Shown: positions 28,425-37,411 of the stretch, one piece after another
Numbering within the stretch: the stretch's first letter is position 1
Layout of the letters: every line of letters begins with the position of its first letter
NCBI GenBank assembly: GCA_041486115.1
Contig: JBGPKT010000001.1
Span: 405 to 64,404, forward strand
DNA length: 64,000 nucleotides
Direction of reading: 5' to 3'
Source: Nitrospiria bacterium
GTDB lineage: Bacteria; Nitrospirota; Nitrospiria; JACQBW01
Notes under the pieces: generated by a model
Told to the model about the DNA's origin: nothing
Seen by the model: the letters and a program-made list of their open reading frames with translations, nothing else
Databases searched by the model: none
Made by a program: the position numbers and the translations under genes

Positions 28425-28945
28425 TTCAGATCCGGATCTAAATGCCTGATTTCAGCGACCGGGATCACCAGGGTATTGATCCTTTTAAGGAAGTCCATCA
28501 TTTTAACTTCTCTTTTCTTGAGAAGCTTTTCCATGGACGGAAGAACGCCCCTGGAATAAACGCCATGAAGCGGATGCAGTCCGTCCGGGGATTTAAGCAC
28601 CACGGCATCAAAATGGTTAAGTTTTTCGGTTAAAAACCGGATCACTTCCGGATTCAAAAACGGCATATCGCAGGCAACCGCAAAAACCGGCCCTTTTGAC
28701 TGGAAAAGACCGGTATAAATGCCCCCCATCGGCCCACCGTCCGGATAAATATCGACGTAAACAGGAACGCCAAACGATAAAAATGGCTCCCTCTTTTTGG
28801 CAATGATCATCCTGTCGTTAAAAAGGGGGATCAAAGTGTCCAGGGTCCGTTGAATCAGGCTTTTCCCTTTAAATTCCATAAACGCCTTATCTTTTCCCAT
28901 CCGGAGGCTTTCGCCGCCGGCCAGAACAATAGCCGTCATCTCCAT
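28367..28945 (-). CDS. mobA: molybdenum cofactor guanylyltransferase MobA
   Basis: MEMTAIVLAGGESLRMGKDK is the MobA signature. Start placed at an internal ATG of the 273-aa ORF. Confidence 0.8.
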   Translation of the reverse strand: MEMTAIVLAGGESLRMGKDKAFMEFKGKSLIQRTLDTLIPLFNDRMIIAKKREPFLSFGVPVYVDIYPDGGPMGGIYTGLFQSKGPVFAVACDMPFLNPEVIRFLTEKLNHFDAVVLKSPDGLHPLHGVYSRGVLPSMEKLLKKREVKMMDFLKRINTLVIPVAEIRHLDPDLKCLTNINTPEEMKVIRRAN

Positions 28946-29188
28946 CTGTGATGTCCTCCCTGGATTCCCGCTTTCGCGGGAATGGCGATTTCTTGCGAAA
29001 CCATAATAGTCAATCCTATCTCGTGGAATCTGATATTTTTTAATTTTGTAGGATAAAATCCGTTCCGTAAGATCGAGCTGTCTGGCCGCTTTCGCAATGA
29101 CCCCGTTATTCTCTTTCATCGCTTTAAGAATCAGCTCTTTTTCCAGGGCTTCGACGGTTTTTTTTAATGAAATCGCGGAGGTTAACAT
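28946..29188 (-). CDS. Fis-type HTH DNA-binding module, reading through a REP element into mobA with no stop
   Basis: KTVEALEKELILKAMKENNGVIAKAARQLDLTERILSYKIKKYQI resembles the C-terminal HTH of NtrC/Fis proteins. ATG overlaps the nirD stop (ATGTTAA). No in-frame stop before mobA. Confidence 0.45.
28960..28991 (-). repeat. REP-like hairpin element (CCCGCGAAAGCGGG core), inside the ORF
   Basis: CTGGATTCCCGCTTTCGCGGGAATGGCGATTT. The reverse complement matches 12941-12975. Translated in frame as RNRHSRESGNPG. Confidence 0.75.
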
Positions 29189-29484
29189 TTTAAATAGATT
29201 TCTCCCTCTTTAAGAACAACTTCATAAACTTTGACTTTCTCTTTTTCATTGGCCACGCATCCGCTTTTCAGATTTACCTTTCGGGCGTGCAGAGGGCAGA
29301 TCACCTCGCGCCCCGTGATCATGCCGTCCGATAATGGCCCTCCCGCATGCGGACACCGGTTGGAAATAGCCGCGATCTCAATCCCGAGATTGAAGACCCC
29401 GATCTCCTCTCCATGGATGACATATTTTCGCCCCTCCCCTAAAGGAATATCCTGACAATTTCCAGCTTTAAATAATTTATCCAT
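29182..29484 (-). CDS. nirD: nitrite reductase [NAD(P)H] small subunit (Rieske-like)
   Basis: 100 aa. CPHAGGPL and CPLH motifs; follows nirB with an 8-nt overlap. Confidence 0.85.
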   Translation of the reverse strand: MDKLFKAGNCQDIPLGEGRKYVIHGEEIGVFNLGIEIAAISNRCPHAGGPLSDGMITGREVICPLHARKVNLKSGCVANEKEKVKVYEVVLKEGEIYLKC

Positions 29485-31897
29485 CGGCTACCAGTTCTTT
29501 GAACTGATGGGGATGCACCGGATTCTCGCTTTCAGTTTTCCACGGATCCACCACCGCTTCTTTCGCCAGTTTAAAATGTTCCAAAAGCGACGCGGGCCTT
29601 GCAGATTCCGGATCTAAAAGATCTTGCCTTATCTTTTCTATTCCGACTCGAACCACGAAATCATAAGTTCTTTCCAGGTAATATCCCTCTTCACGGTAAT
29701 ATTGCAAAAAAAGAGCGGCGGCTCTAAAGGCTTCTTCGTCCGTCTTTACGGCAACCAGAAGGTCCCCTTTCCGAACGGTCATCCCCGCGGCTCCTCCGAT
29801 ATAAATTTCCCAGCCGGTCTGGACGGCCACAATGCCGATATCCTTGACATAGGATTCGGCGCAATTTCTCGGACAGCCTGAAACCGCCATTTTGATTTTA
29901 TGCGGAGCATAAAGCCCTTCAAACAATTTTTCCATCGCAATGCCAAAAGAGGTCGAATCCTGAACCCCAAACCGGCAAAATTCGGTTCCCACGCAGGTTT
30001 TAACGGTACGAACCGCTTTTGCGTACGCATGTCCGGAAGGCATTCCTAAATCCGCCCAGATCAGCGGAAGTTCTTCTTTCTTCACGCCTAATAAATCAAT
30101 CCGCTGGCCCCCGGTAATCTTCACCATGGGAACATGATATTTTTCAGCCACATCGGCGATCCGGCGCAATTCCGACGGGGAGGTCACCCCTCCATAAATT
30201 CTGGGCACCACCGAAAAGGTTCCGTCCTTCTGAATATTCGCATGAACCCGGTCGTTAATAAATCGCGCATTCCTTTCCTCCCGGTGGCGCTCCATCCAGA
30301 TTTCCGATAAAAGGTAACTCAATCCGGGCTTGCAGTAAGCACAACCGGACCCGTTCCCCAGACGGGTTAAGACTTCGGAAACCGCTTTTAATTTTAAAGA
30401 CCGGATCTGGTCCACCAGCTCTTTTCTGGAAAAGTTAAAACAAGGGCAAAATTCTCCGGATTTTTCAGCGACCGGAACATACTCACCTCCAAGAACCTCT
30501 TGGAGGATTTGATCAATTAACGGCCCGCAGCTTTTACAGGAAGTGCAGGCCTTCGTTTTTTCACCAACCCCCTGCCGGGTGGCCACTTCATGTTCTTTAA
30601 TGGCCTCCACAATGGTTTTTTTGTTCACTCCCATACAGCCGCAGATCATGTCTTCATCTTCCAGAATCGCCGGACCGGCCCCTTTTTTACCGGCATCTCC
30701 TGACAAAAGCGTTTTCCGGAATAGCGTCACATCGGTCTGATTCTTGATATACTGATGGAAACGACCGCTGTCATGAATATCCCCAAGCAAAATGGCGCCA
30801 ACCACACGGTTTCCCTGCAAAATCAACTTTTTGTAAAGAGACATGCCGCGGTCGGAATAGACCAGTGTTTCACAACCGGCTCCATTCCCCATATAATTCC
30901 CGATGGAAACCAGATCAATGCCGGCGACTTTTAACGTGGTGGCCACCATAGACCCTTCGTATGCTTTAAAAGGTTTGCCCAGAATCGTATGGGCCGCCAC
31001 CTTTGCCTGTTCGTATAAAGGGGCGACGATTCCATAAGTCTTCCCCCGATGCTCAACGCATTCTCCCACCGCGTAAATACCGGAAATGCTGGTTTCCATT
31101 TGATCATTGACAATAATTCCGCGTTGGACATGAACGCCGGCATGTTTTGCCAGTTCCACATTGGGACGGATTCCGGTAGAAATCACCGCCATATCCGCTT
31201 CATACGCTTTTCCATTTGAAAAGGCCACACCCTCGACGCTTCCTTCTCCTAAGATCTCCACTGCGGAGTGGTTTAAATGAACCGTCATGCCCAAACGTTC
31301 AATCTCTTTTTTTAAAATCAACCCGGACTCTTCATCTAACTGCAACTCCATTAGCCGGTCTACCAGGTGGAAGAGGGTGACATTGAGTCCTCGCTGGACA
31401 AGCGCTCTTCCGGCTTCGAGTCCCAGCAATCCTCCTCCGATCACAGCCACCCTGCGGCATTGTTTTGAATACGCGATGATCCCTTCCGTATCTTCCATAT
31501 TCCGGTAGGGGAACACCCCTCTTTTTTCTACCCCTTTAATGGGCGGAATAAAAGGATGGCTTCCTGTGGCTATCAGCAATCGATCATAAGGCGTGATTAT
31601 TCCTTCATCGTCCTGAACGGTTTTACCTTCAGGATCAATGGCCGTGATCTTTGTATTCATATAAAGACGAATGCCGTTTTCGTCATACCACTCCCGGGTA
31701 TTTAAATAAGTCGCCTCGGGACGGGTTTTACCGGATAGAATATCGGACAACAAAATGCGGTTATAATTCACATAAGGTTCCGCGCCGAAAACGGTAATAT
31801 CCATATCCCCTTTCACGGCAAGAATATTTTCCACGGCGGCAATTCCCGCCATTCCGTTTCCAATCACCACAAGTTTTTGTTTGTTCTTTTTTTGCAT
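29477..31897 (-). CDS. nirB: nitrite reductase [NAD(P)H] large subunit
   Basis: 806 aa. FAD/NAD Rossmann motifs (VVIGNGMAG, AVIGGGLLG), BFD-like 2Fe-2S, siroheme/4Fe-4S motifs TCVGTEFCRFG and SGCPRNCAES. Confidence 0.92.
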   Translation of the reverse strand: MQKKNKQKLVVIGNGMAGIAAVENILAVKGDMDITVFGAEPYVNYNRILLSDILSGKTRPEATYLNTREWYDENGIRLYMNTKITAIDPEGKTVQDDEGIITPYDRLLIATGSHPFIPPIKGVEKRGVFPYRNMEDTEGIIAYSKQCRRVAVIGGGLLGLEAGRALVQRGLNVTLFHLVDRLMELQLDEESGLILKKEIERLGMTVHLNHSAVEILGEGSVEGVAFSNGKAYEADMAVISTGIRPNVELAKHAGVHVQRGIIVNDQMETSISGIYAVGECVEHRGKTYGIVAPLYEQAKVAAHTILGKPFKAYEGSMVATTLKVAGIDLVSIGNYMGNGAGCETLVYSDRGMSLYKKLILQGNRVVGAILLGDIHDSGRFHQYIKNQTDVTLFRKTLLSGDAGKKGAGPAILEDEDMICGCMGVNKKTIVEAIKEHEVATRQGVGEKTKACTSCKSCGPLIDQILQEVLGGEYVPVAEKSGEFCPCFNFSRKELVDQIRSLKLKAVSEVLTRLGNGSGCAYCKPGLSYLLSEIWMERHREERNARFINDRVHANIQKDGTFSVVPRIYGGVTSPSELRRIADVAEKYHVPMVKITGGQRIDLLGVKKEELPLIWADLGMPSGHAYAKAVRTVKTCVGTEFCRFGVQDSTSFGIAMEKLFEGLYAPHKIKMAVSGCPRNCAESYVKDIGIVAVQTGWEIYIGGAAGMTVRKGDLLVAVKTDEEAFRAAALFLQYYREEGYYLERTYDFVVRVGIEKIRQDLLDPESARPASLLEHFKLAKEAVVDPWKTESENPVHPHQFKELVADG

Positions 31898-31904
31898 TTT
31901 TGCC

Positions 31905-33569
31905 TCAGTGGGTTCTACTTAAAACGCCGACGGCCTCATCTTCTGCTAATCCGGTTTCCCTTGCATAAGCTTCAAAACCTTTATTTTTTAAGAAAAAAGC
32001 TCCCGGCATGGTCGTCGGAATCACCACCGCATAAAAAAGAGCGCGATCAACGATCTGCCAGGCCAAAACCAGAAAGAAAGAGAATAATACCGATCCATAA
32101 AAAAGCGGAGAGAGCGGAAGCAAAAACAGGTTCAACATATTGAGTCCGAGAATTCCGGATAATCGGCCGTTCAACTTGAGGAATGCAGGATAAGTTTCCT
32201 GAAGGAGTTTGAAAGACGCCTGCGACTCTCCGCTGGCTCTTTTTAAATAGGCGTGAAACCTTTGCCGGGAAAGGGAGAAAAAAAATAAATAGAACGCAGT
32301 GATTCCGGTGAGGCCAAATTTTAATATCGTGTAAAAACCGGCTTCCTTGTTTCCCGATGGAAAACCGGACAACAGCGGAATGAAGAGAATGAGGGCCGTT
32401 GAAAAGGCTCCTAAGAGGACCATGCTCCCGCAAAAGGAGACTGCCGTATGGGAATGGTTCCAGAAAGGACGTGCCGGTATCCGGTAACATTTTGTCATGG
32501 CAAAGAGACTGCAGAGCCCGACGAAAGCGGTCGCCGCGCCAATGGAATGAATGAACATATCTGGAAGGAGATGAAAAGTTTCTAAAATCGCGTAGACCGT
32601 CATACCGCCAAAAAAGCTCCCAACCGTTAGAATCTCTCTGCTGACCCAGGAGTAACGAAGATTATTCAAGGCCCGGTAGCAAAATTGAGGTTTTCCCAGA
32701 TGTCCGGTGGAAAGGGCCAATCCGATAAACAGAGCTCCGATAAAAACGATGAAAGCCACTCGCTCTAAAAAAGAGGAAATGAACGAGGGATAAAAAAGAG
32801 AAACCCCGATAAAGGTTAAAAAACCTCCCACCGACATTTGAGCGAGCAGGGTAAAAAAAACCAGAGGTGTTTCACTGGAATGGATTGATTTCCATGAGAG
32901 CGGTTTCGCCTCCAGCGGCCTCACCCCCCCGCCTTGAGACTGTTTGTTGATATAGGCCACGGACTCCAGATCGGTCCGGAACTGGACTTCTGGCGTTTTA
33001 ATCACCTGCTTAAACCGGATATTGGGTTGAGAGATGGAAGGTTCCGGGAAACCGGCAATTTGAATCAGCGCCTGGCCTCGTTCTCTTTCCATCGCCGCCA
33101 CTTCCCCAAATTCAAGAGCGTGGCCCAGGCATGCGGACACACAGGCCGGTTTTAATCCCGCATCCAGCCGGTCGACGCACATATTGCATTTGCTGACGGA
33201 ACCGGCTTCGGGATTATAAACCGGCGCATTGTAGGGACAGACCCAGGTGCAATATTGACAGCCAAAGCAGATGTCGGAATCCTGTATGACGGCGCCATAC
33301 TTTTCATATTTAACATACGCTCCCGTGGGGCACCCTTTTAAACAGACCGGGTCGGTGCAGTGATTGCAGGCCATCGAGGTGTTGACCCGTGTAAAAAGAG
33401 GATAAGACCCCCCTTCCAGATAACCGACTTTCCGCCAGGCAATATGAGAAGGGAGATTGTTTTTTTCACTGCAAGCCGCTTCACAGGAATGACAACCGAT
33501 GCAATTGTCCGCGGTAAAATGGAAACCCATCTGGGTTTGAACCGGAAACAGGACCAAGGCGTTGTTCAT
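31905..33569 (-). CDS. fusion of a DmsB/NrfC-like four-cluster ferredoxin with a DmsC-like polytopic membrane anchor
   Basis: N-terminal Cys motifs CIGCHSCEAAC, CNHCTDPVCLKGCP, CFGCQYCTWVCP, CNMCVDR...C. The C-terminal about 340 aa contain about 8-10 hydrophobic helices. Confidence 0.8.
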   Translation of the reverse strand: MNNALVLFPVQTQMGFHFTADNCIGCHSCEAACSEKNNLPSHIAWRKVGYLEGGSYPLFTRVNTSMACNHCTDPVCLKGCPTGAYVKYEKYGAVIQDSDICFGCQYCTWVCPYNAPVYNPEAGSVSKCNMCVDRLDAGLKPACVSACLGHALEFGEVAAMERERGQALIQIAGFPEPSISQPNIRFKQVIKTPEVQFRTDLESVAYINKQSQGGGVRPLEAKPLSWKSIHSSETPLVFFTLLAQMSVGGFLTFIGVSLFYPSFISSFLERVAFIVFIGALFIGLALSTGHLGKPQFCYRALNNLRYSWVSREILTVGSFFGGMTVYAILETFHLLPDMFIHSIGAATAFVGLCSLFAMTKCYRIPARPFWNHSHTAVSFCGSMVLLGAFSTALILFIPLLSGFPSGNKEAGFYTILKFGLTGITAFYLFFFSLSRQRFHAYLKRASGESQASFKLLQETYPAFLKLNGRLSGILGLNMLNLFLLPLSPLFYGSVLFSFFLVLAWQIVDRALFYAVVIPTTMPGAFFLKNKGFEAYARETGLAEDEAVGVLSRTH

Positions 33570-35836
33570 ATTTTTTCCGCCTCATTTAAAATTTTCACCG
33601 CGCACTGCTTATAGGCCGGCTGTCTGGAGTAAGGGTCCAATAACCCAAGGGAGAGCAGATTTGCCCCGCGGGTAAAATGAAACGGAATGAACACCATCCC
33701 GGGAGGAACCCGTTCCGTCATTTGCACCATGGCTTTCAATTCCCCTCTTCGTGAAATAATCCAGGCATGGCCCATATGGTTCAGGTTTAACTTCTGTCCG
33801 TCCGCCGGATTCATTTCGACATAAGCGATGGGAGAAAACTTGTTTAAATTTCCGATTTTTCCCGTTTTTGTGCGGGTATGCCAGTGCTCAATTACCCGGC
33901 CGGTATTCAACCAGAACGGGTATTCCGCATCGGGCCGTTCGTTGTTATCTATAAAATCAAGCGGGATCAGTTTTGCTTTTCCTGATGCCGTTGAAAACAA
34001 GCCGTCTGAATATAATCGGGGAGTCCCCGGTTTAGCTTCTGAATCGTTGAAACCGACTAGAGATTCAGCTTCGCCGAGGGACTGAGGTTTGAGCATCAGG
34101 CTTTGCCTTTGCGAAAACGGGGCTTGAGGGCATTGAGTGTGGTTTACGAAGGCCCCCAAATCTTTTGCCGGCCATTGGATCCCTCCATATTGCTTCAGTA
34201 AATCGTAATTCATGCCTGAATAGTCGCATAACCTTCCGCGGCTCACCTCTCCCATTTCAGCAAAAACAGTTTCGGCGGTTTTATTCTTCATTAAATACCC
34301 GAGCCCCATTTTTTCCGCCAGCTCGACAAATATGTCTAAATCCGGTTTTGCTTCACCCGGGGGCTCAACCGCTTTTTCAACCAGGTTCACCCTTCTTTCT
34401 GTATTCGTAAAAGTCCCTGTTTTTTCACTCCACATGGCCGCAGGGAGATACACATCCGCATATTGGGCCGATTCCACAGAGAAATAAATATCCTGGACCG
34501 CTAAAAACTCGAGTTGATTTAACATTTTTGCGATTCGACCGGTATCCGGCATCGAGGTCATCGGATTAGTGGCAATGAGCCAGAGTCCTTTGATGTTCCC
34601 TTTTTCAATCTCCGGAAAGATATCGGTCATCTGTAAACCCCGTTTGGCCGGAAAAATGGATTCATCGACTCCCCAGAAATCGGCAATTTCTTTCCGATGC
34701 TCCGGATTTTCAAGTTGGCGGTAAGCCGGCAGGCCGGAGCAGGATGAAAATTCACGCGTTCCCATCGCGTTGCATTGGCCGGTAATGGACAGCGAAGTTC
34801 CTCCCGGTTTGCCAATATTTCCTGTCATCAGCGCAAGATTATTGATGGCGACGACGCCGTCCGATCCATGGGTGGACTGATTAATTCCCATGGTCCATAT
34901 CGACATCGCCGATTTTGCCCTGCCATAAATCCGGGCGACCCTGATCAGGGTCTCTTTCGGGATACCGGTGATTTTTTCCGCGTAAGCCGGGGTAAATTTT
35001 GAAACCATCACCTTAAATTCAGAAAATCCTTCGGTATGGGACGTTATATAATCTTCTTTGTGCAACCCCTCCGCCAAAATAACGTGCGCCAATGCATTCA
35101 ACAGCACCACGTCGGTTCCGGGTAAAATGGGAAGATGAATGTCGGCCATCTGGGCAAACATGGTGACTCTTGGATCGATGACGATTACCGGAAAATGGCG
35201 TTTTTCCAGTTCAGTCTTCAGCCGGTAATAAATAATGGGATGACATTCCACTAAATTGGAACCGAAAGCGAGTAAACATTCCGTATGTTCAAAATCGTCA
35301 TAACACCCGGGCGGGCCATCGCTTCCAAATGACCTTTTATATCCTGAAACGGCGCTGGCCATGCAAAGGGTAGTATTGCCATCAAGATTATTAGTCCCAA
35401 ACCCACCCCGGACCAGCTTGCCCAGGGCATAAAACTCTTCCGTATAAATCTGGCCGGTGCTGACCACCGCCAGCGCATCTTTTCCGTAGGTCTTCATGAT
35501 CCGATGAAATTCAGAAGCGGTATGGTCCAGCGCTTTGTCCCAGGTGACCCGTTCAGGAGAAACCCCTTTTTCTTTTCTTAAAAGAGGAACCTCTCCCCGC
35601 TCCCGGGTCGTCATCGCTTCAAATTCCCAGATCCCCTTTAAACAAAGTTTTCCCTGATTGACCGGATGATCACTTTTTCCCCGGACAGTCACGGCTTTTC
35701 CATCTTTCACTCCCAGTTCGATTCCGCACCCCGTGGAACAATAACCGCAAGTCGTATAGATCCACCGGTCTACCGGCTTCTGATGTATTTTTGGAACCCT
35801 GTCTTGCCTCTGCTTGTTCGTAAACCATAGTTTCAT
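33566..35836 (-). CDS. molybdopterin (bis-MGD) oxidoreductase, assimilatory nitrate reductase-like, no Tat signal
   Basis: N-terminal 4Fe-4S motif CGYCSTGCG...LCLKG. 756 aa MopB family. The N-terminus lacks a twin-arginine motif. Upstream of nirBD. Confidence 0.8.
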   Translation of the reverse strand: MKLWFTNKQRQDRVPKIHQKPVDRWIYTTCGYCSTGCGIELGVKDGKAVTVRGKSDHPVNQGKLCLKGIWEFEAMTTRERGEVPLLRKEKGVSPERVTWDKALDHTASEFHRIMKTYGKDALAVVSTGQIYTEEFYALGKLVRGGFGTNNLDGNTTLCMASAVSGYKRSFGSDGPPGCYDDFEHTECLLAFGSNLVECHPIIYYRLKTELEKRHFPVIVIDPRVTMFAQMADIHLPILPGTDVVLLNALAHVILAEGLHKEDYITSHTEGFSEFKVMVSKFTPAYAEKITGIPKETLIRVARIYGRAKSAMSIWTMGINQSTHGSDGVVAINNLALMTGNIGKPGGTSLSITGQCNAMGTREFSSCSGLPAYRQLENPEHRKEIADFWGVDESIFPAKRGLQMTDIFPEIEKGNIKGLWLIATNPMTSMPDTGRIAKMLNQLEFLAVQDIYFSVESAQYADVYLPAAMWSEKTGTFTNTERRVNLVEKAVEPPGEAKPDLDIFVELAEKMGLGYLMKNKTAETVFAEMGEVSRGRLCDYSGMNYDLLKQYGGIQWPAKDLGAFVNHTQCPQAPFSQRQSLMLKPQSLGEAESLVGFNDSEAKPGTPRLYSDGLFSTASGKAKLIPLDFIDNNERPDAEYPFWLNTGRVIEHWHTRTKTGKIGNLNKFSPIAYVEMNPADGQKLNLNHMGHAWIISRRGELKAMVQMTERVPPGMVFIPFHFTRGANLLSLGLLDPYSRQPAYKQCAVKILNEAEKI

Positions 35837-35959
35837 CTATTTTTATTTGAGGGCCTTCGAGACTACGCTCTCAATGTCCCCAATCCCTAACATGAGTGCC
35901 TAATGCATTGGATGGCCGGATTAAAACAATAATTTCTTTCATTTATCTTGAACTATAGA

Positions 35960-35975
35960 GCAATAGGTATGCCAG
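35960..35975 (-). promoter_or_regulatory. sigma-54 (-24/-12) promoter for the nitrate/nitrite/Moco operon
   Basis: Minus strand reads CTGGCAT-ACCTA-TTGC. About 125 nt upstream of the ATG at 35836. Confidence 0.75.
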
Positions 35976-36130
35976 ATTAATTAATTAACTTATCCTGCTG
36001 ATTTCAAACGAAAATTTTAAAAACATCCAGGATAGGGACTTTAAAAATCATTCAAAAATGTAGGTCAATTTGGAAGGTACGACAATTTTGTCTGAATGGC
36101 ATCATTCGGTTTTTCTGATTGTCCCGAGAA

Positions 36131-36243
36131 CAGAGATATGATTTGCAACTTCTTGTTTCGCCTGTCATCGCGAGCACCATAGGGTGCGTGGCGATCTCGG
36201 TTCAAGAAGGCGAGATTGCTTCCCTTCGCTCGCAATGACAACT
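36131..36243 (+). repeat. about 114-nt REP/MITE-like palindromic element, copy 2
   Basis: Same orientation as 19261-19374. By manual alignment, 7 differences including one 1-nt indel. Confidence 0.85.
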
Positions 36244-36300
36244 CCATATCTTTAGGGATTGTGTGAGTCTCTATTAATAAAGTAGAATGATAAGATAAGA

Positions 36301-36711
36301 ATGAATAATGTTGAAACACCTGCCCTTATTAATGGGCCAGCAAGGTTTAAAATGGAATTAACACTTTATGGCCGAGCCGGCTGTCCGATGTGCATGGATG
36401 CCAATGCCTGGCTCAATAAAGAGAAGATCGCTTATACTTTTCGGGATATTTTTAAACAGCCATTGACCGGGAAAGAACTTCTCTTGCTGGCCAATAAATT
36501 GCCGGATGGAATATTTAGCCTCTATGCCCCCAAAGGAGCCAAAAAAGCGGGATTATCTGAAAACCCTTTTGATTTTTCATCAGAAGCGATTCTTGGCCTC
36601 CAGACAGGCAACCCCGATATGATCCGGTACCCCATTTTTGATACAGGCCGCCAGTTGATCTTTGGATTCAAGGAATCAACCAAACCCCTTCTCCTAAGCG
36701 TTCTTCATTAG
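36301..36711 (+). CDS. ArsC/Spx/YffB-family (thioredoxin-fold) protein
   Basis: LTLYGRAGCPMCMDANAWLNKEKIAYTFRDI...IRYPIFDTGRQLIFGF matches the ArsC-family layout. The alternative start at 36352 (MELTLYG) is likely the real one. Confidence 0.7.
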   Translation: MNNVETPALINGPARFKMELTLYGRAGCPMCMDANAWLNKEKIAYTFRDIFKQPLTGKELLLLANKLPDGIFSLYAPKGAKKAGLSENPFDFSSEAILGLQTGNPDMIRYPIFDTGRQLIFGFKESTKPLLLSVLH

Positions 36712-36777
36712 AGTCTATTTGCAAATTCATCCAGAATTAATTTATAGTGAGAGTTCACCATCCATTCAGGGGAAAAA

Positions 36778-37227
36778 ATGATCAAGAATAAAAAAAAACC
36801 GACAACCTTTAAAACCATTCTGGTCCCCACAGATTTTTCGCCGCATTCCGAGAAATCACTCGATTACGCGGTGTTAACCGCCAAAAAATTCCGGGCGAAG
36901 ATTCTTCTATTCCATGTCATTGAGCCTTTTCCCTACACTACACCCGACGCTTTTATGGTGGTCGATAACAGCGAAGCGATGAGAAGCATCGCGGACGCCC
37001 TGATAAAAAATTTAAGTAAAGGGTTGCGAGCTAAAGGGATAACGGTTATAACGTCTCTTGTGGTGGGCAATCCCGCCCGTGAAATAGTCCTCAAAACGGA
37101 ACAGGCAAAAATCGACCTGATCGTCATGGGAACCCATGGCAGGACCGGTGTGGAGCACGTCCTTCTGGGGAGCGTGGCAGAAAAAGTGGTGCGGCTGTCC
37201 CGGTGCCCCGTCATGACCATTCGATAG
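36778..37227 (+). CDS. universal stress protein (UspA family)
   Basis: ILVPTDFS...GTHGRTGVEHVLLGSVAEKVVRLSRCPVMTI. Confidence 0.85.
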   Translation: MIKNKKKPTTFKTILVPTDFSPHSEKSLDYAVLTAKKFRAKILLFHVIEPFPYTTPDAFMVVDNSEAMRSIADALIKNLSKGLRAKGITVITSLVVGNPAREIVLKTEQAKIDLIVMGTHGRTGVEHVLLGSVAEKVVRLSRCPVMTIR

Positions 37228-37337
37228 CAGGGTCGAGCGTTTCCGGTAAAAATCTGGCGGCTTCTTTTCCCTTTTTACTTCCTCATCGTCCTGACCTGCC
37301 TCATGACTCATGGCCTATTTCCCCTGGAATAAAAATA

Positions 37338-37367
37338 TTAGAATAATCTTTTTTAGCATGTTATAAT
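37338..37367 (+). promoter_or_regulatory. sigma-70 promoter with extended -10 (TTAGAA-18 nt incl. TGn-TATAAT) for lysS
   Basis: TGTTATAAT at 37359-37367, about 45 nt upstream of the lysS ATG. Confidence 0.45.
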
Positions 37368-37411
37368 TTGCCGTTTTTATTTATCTTTTTAAAATATGAG
37401 AACCCGTTTTT

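Noticed and set aside
36065-36319. 84-aa minus-strand ORF upstream of the ArsC-family gene
   Set aside because: It is largely the translation of repeat copy 2 (SLRAKGSNLAFLNRDRHAPYGARDDR). There is no SD, and it overlaps the promoter region.
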